A DNA stretch of 64,000 nucleotides from Lactobacillus sp. (GTDB taxonomy: Bacteria > Bacillota > Bacilli > Lactobacillales > Lactobacillaceae), in the NCBI RefSeq assembly GCF_051893255.1, contig NZ_JBJFHB010000065.1, positions 223 through 64,222 of the forward strand. The letters are read 5' to 3'. The notes under the pieces are model-generated. The model saw nothing but the letters and a program-made list of their open reading frames with translations, made no database searches and was not told where the DNA came from. The translations under genes were made by a program, and so were the position numbers. Positions 62,059-64,000 of the stretch are shown one piece after another (the first letter of the stretch is position 1; every line of letters begins with the position of its first letter).

Positions 62059-63380
62059 AGCCTTTAGCCTACCGCATGCGGCCCCGCGACTTAGATGAAG
62101 TGGTCGGCCAGCAGCACCTAGTTGGGCCCCATAAAATTATCCGCCGGATGGTTGAGGCCCACCGCCTGTCTTCCATGATCCTCTATGGCCCGCCAGGCAT
62201 CGGCAAAACCAGCATTGCCAGCGCCATTGCCGGCTCAACCAAATACGCTTTTCGCCAGCTAAACGCTGCGACTGATGGGCAAAAAGAACTGGCACAAGTA
62301 GCTGCTGAAGGCAAGATGAGCGGGACCGTTATTTTGCTCTTAGACGAAATTCACCGCCTGAACAAGGTTAAGCAGGACTTTTTGTTGCCCTTGCTCGAGA
62401 GTGGCCAGGTGATTTTGGTTGGGGCAACAACGGAAAATCCATATTTGGCCATCTCCCCTGCTATCCGGTCGCGCTGCCAGATTTTTGAGCTCAAGCCCTT
62501 GAGTGAAGCGGATGTCTTGACTGCCGTCAACCGCGCTTTAACCGATGAAGAGCGCGGCCTTGGCAAATACCATGCCAAGCTGACTGAAGAAGCGGGAAAA
62601 TTTTTAGCCGAAAAAGGCAACGGAGACCTGCGATCAACCTTAAACAGCCTGGAGCTGGCGGTCTTGTCAACCAAGCAAGAGCTGGCAGACGAAGGCAAAG
62701 ACACAGAAGCCTTCACCATTGGTCTCGAAGAAATGGCGGATTCGCTCCAAATGAAGGCGCAAAATTTTGACAAGGACGGGGACGGCCACTATGACCTGGT
62801 TTCCGCTTTTCAAAAGTCCATCCGGGGTTCTGACACCGATGCCGCTCTCCACTACCTAGCCCGCTTGATCGAATCCGGCGACCTGATCTCCATTTGCCGC
62901 CGGCTCACCGTCATTGCCTACGAAGACATTGGCCTAGCCAACCCGCCGGCCTGTGAAAGGACTGCTCTAGCCGTCCAAAGCGCCCAGCAGCTGGGCCTGC
63001 CGGAAGCACGGATCCCTTTGGCAAATGCCGTTATCGAGCTCTGTCTGTCCCCAAAGAGCAACTCGGCGATGGCAGCCTTAGACCGGGCCCTAACCGACGT
63101 CAGAGAGGCTAATATCGGCCAAATACCAGACAATTTGAAAGATGCCCACTATCAAGGGGCAGCGAAGCTGGGACACGGCAGCGGCTACATCTACCCACAT
63201 GATTATCCAGGCGACTGGGTACCGCAGCAGTACCTGCCGAGCAAGCTCACCGGCAAGCAATACTTTCAGCCTAAGGGCGAGAGCAAGTATGAGGGTGCTT
63301 TTAAGAAGCAGTATGATCGCTTGCATCAAATGCAAGCCGAAGGTTTAAAAAAGGCACAAAATCAAAAGAAAAAAGGTTAA
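62055..63380 (+). CDS. rarA: Replication-associated recombination protein A (RarA/MgsA)
   Basis: PLAYRMRP, GPPGIGKT, LDEIHR, ATTENP, KSIRGSD, LKDAHY. Confidence 0.97.
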   Translation: MKPLAYRMRPRDLDEVVGQQHLVGPHKIIRRMVEAHRLSSMILYGPPGIGKTSIASAIAGSTKYAFRQLNAATDGQKELAQVAAEGKMSGTVILLLDEIHRLNKVKQDFLLPLLESGQVILVGATTENPYLAISPAIRSRCQIFELKPLSEADVLTAVNRALTDEERGLGKYHAKLTEEAGKFLAEKGNGDLRSTLNSLELAVLSTKQELADEGKDTEAFTIGLEEMADSLQMKAQNFDKDGDGHYDLVSAFQKSIRGSDTDAALHYLARLIESGDLISICRRLTVIAYEDIGLANPPACERTALAVQSAQQLGLPEARIPLANAVIELCLSPKSNSAMAALDRALTDVREANIGQIPDNLKDAHYQGAAKLGHGSGYIYPHDYPGDWVPQQYLPSKLTGKQYFQPKGESKYEGAFKKQYDRLHQMQAEGLKKAQNQKKKG

Positions 63381-63405
63381 GATTTTGTAAGCGCTGTTTT
63401 TGGCC

Positions 63406-63434
63406 TTGACAAGAGGCATGGCTTTCTATATTAT
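63406..63434 (+). promoter_or_regulatory. Sigma-A promoter of 6S RNA
   Basis: TTGACA-N17-TATTAT (overlapping TATAAT 3 nt further). Confidence 0.75.
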
Positions 63435-63441
63435 AATAAGT

Positions 63442-63634
63442 GATCTGAGTTGATCGTCAGAAGCTTATTTGTAAATTAGTTGACCGATCAAACTTAAGGA
63501 CGTGGTGGCCTGTCAGTAACTACTGAATCGGAATGCTGCCTTGGCAGAATCCATATTCACTGCGCGATGGGCCGGATTTTGTGATTTTTTTACGGGATCA
63601 ACAAGCGCCATTTATGCTTTGGTCAACTCGGATT
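63442..63634 (+). ncRNA. ssrS: 6S RNA (SsrS; Lacto-usp-type)
   Basis: About 193 nt with own promoter and terminator; ends pair (GATCTGAGTTGATC / GGTCAACTCGGATT) into a long rod; position downstream of rarA; no covariance model run. Confidence 0.8.
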
Positions 63635-63646
63635 TTCTTAGATAAT

Positions 63647-63674
63647 AAAGGCGGCCCAAATGGGCCGTTTTTTT
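63647..63674 (+). terminator. Terminator after 6S RNA
   Basis: GGCGGCCCA-AA-TGGGCCGTT-TTTTT. Confidence 0.85.
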
Positions 63675-63712
63675 GTATATCCAGTATTATTAAGAAAGAG
63701 AAAGTTGGTTTA

Positions 63713-63997
63713 ATGCTTTACATTCGCATCTTCATGGGGATCTTCATCTTAATGCTCCTCCTCACCTCCTGGTACCTCTGGCACCGCAGAAACGGCGCCT
63801 TTCTTGTCTTTGACGTTGCTGGCAATCCTGGCCTCCATACCCTGATGACGGCCTGCTCAATCGCCCTTTTGGCCGTCAGCATTATCGGGATTATCCTGCT
63901 CTTTATGCCCAACAGGTACCTGAATTTAATTACACTTTTCCTTGGCTCTGGCGTCATTTTTGCCTTTGCGCTGCTGCTTTCACAAAACCAGCAGTAA
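63713..63997 (+). CDS. Small hypothetical membrane protein (about 3 TM)
   Basis: 94 aa from ATG 63713; the longer ORF call from 63533 runs through the 6S RNA and terminator and is unlikely. Confidence 0.75.
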   Translation: MLYIRIFMGIFILMLLLTSWYLWHRRNGAFLVFDVAGNPGLHTLMTACSIALLAVSIIGIILLFMPNRYLNLITLFLGSGVIFAFALLLSQNQQ

Positions 63998-64000
63998 GAT

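Noticed and set aside
63533-63712. N-terminal 60-codon extension of the last ORF
   Set aside because: Runs through the 6S RNA and its terminator; the real start is probably 63713

Overview
Core-genome segment of a Lactobacillus, probably from the L. delbrueckii/acidophilus lineage (inferred from gene order and protein style). About 62 intact, mostly minus-strand CDS: engB-clpX-tig-tuf, RNase J2, rpsO/rpsT, holA-comEC-comEA, coaD/rsmD/ftsW/typA, def, rpoY-rnjA, an RclA/MerA-like flavin disulfide reductase, recD2, the mnmA-iscS-mtnN-nudF-csp-ileS block, the full dcw cluster (mraZ to ylmH), mreBCD-radC, folC-valS, thiI-iscS-ezrA, rpsD and rarA. RNA elements are a 6S RNA, Ile and Val T-boxes and S15/S4 leaders. 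I saw no mobile element, prophage, CRISPR array, rRNA or tRNA, and no new multi-gene system. The best leads are regulatory or structural: (1) a 44-bp ungapped motif (34/44 identical) shared by the comEA-comEC and radC upstream regions, a candidate competence-sigma promoter; (2) a terminator-containing typA leader; (3) divIVA missing from its canonical slot between ylmH and ileS; (4) paired operators flanking the promoter of the RclA-like reductase; (5) a MacP-like membrane protein and an uncalled 40-aa ORF. All RNA folding and motif matching was done by eye.
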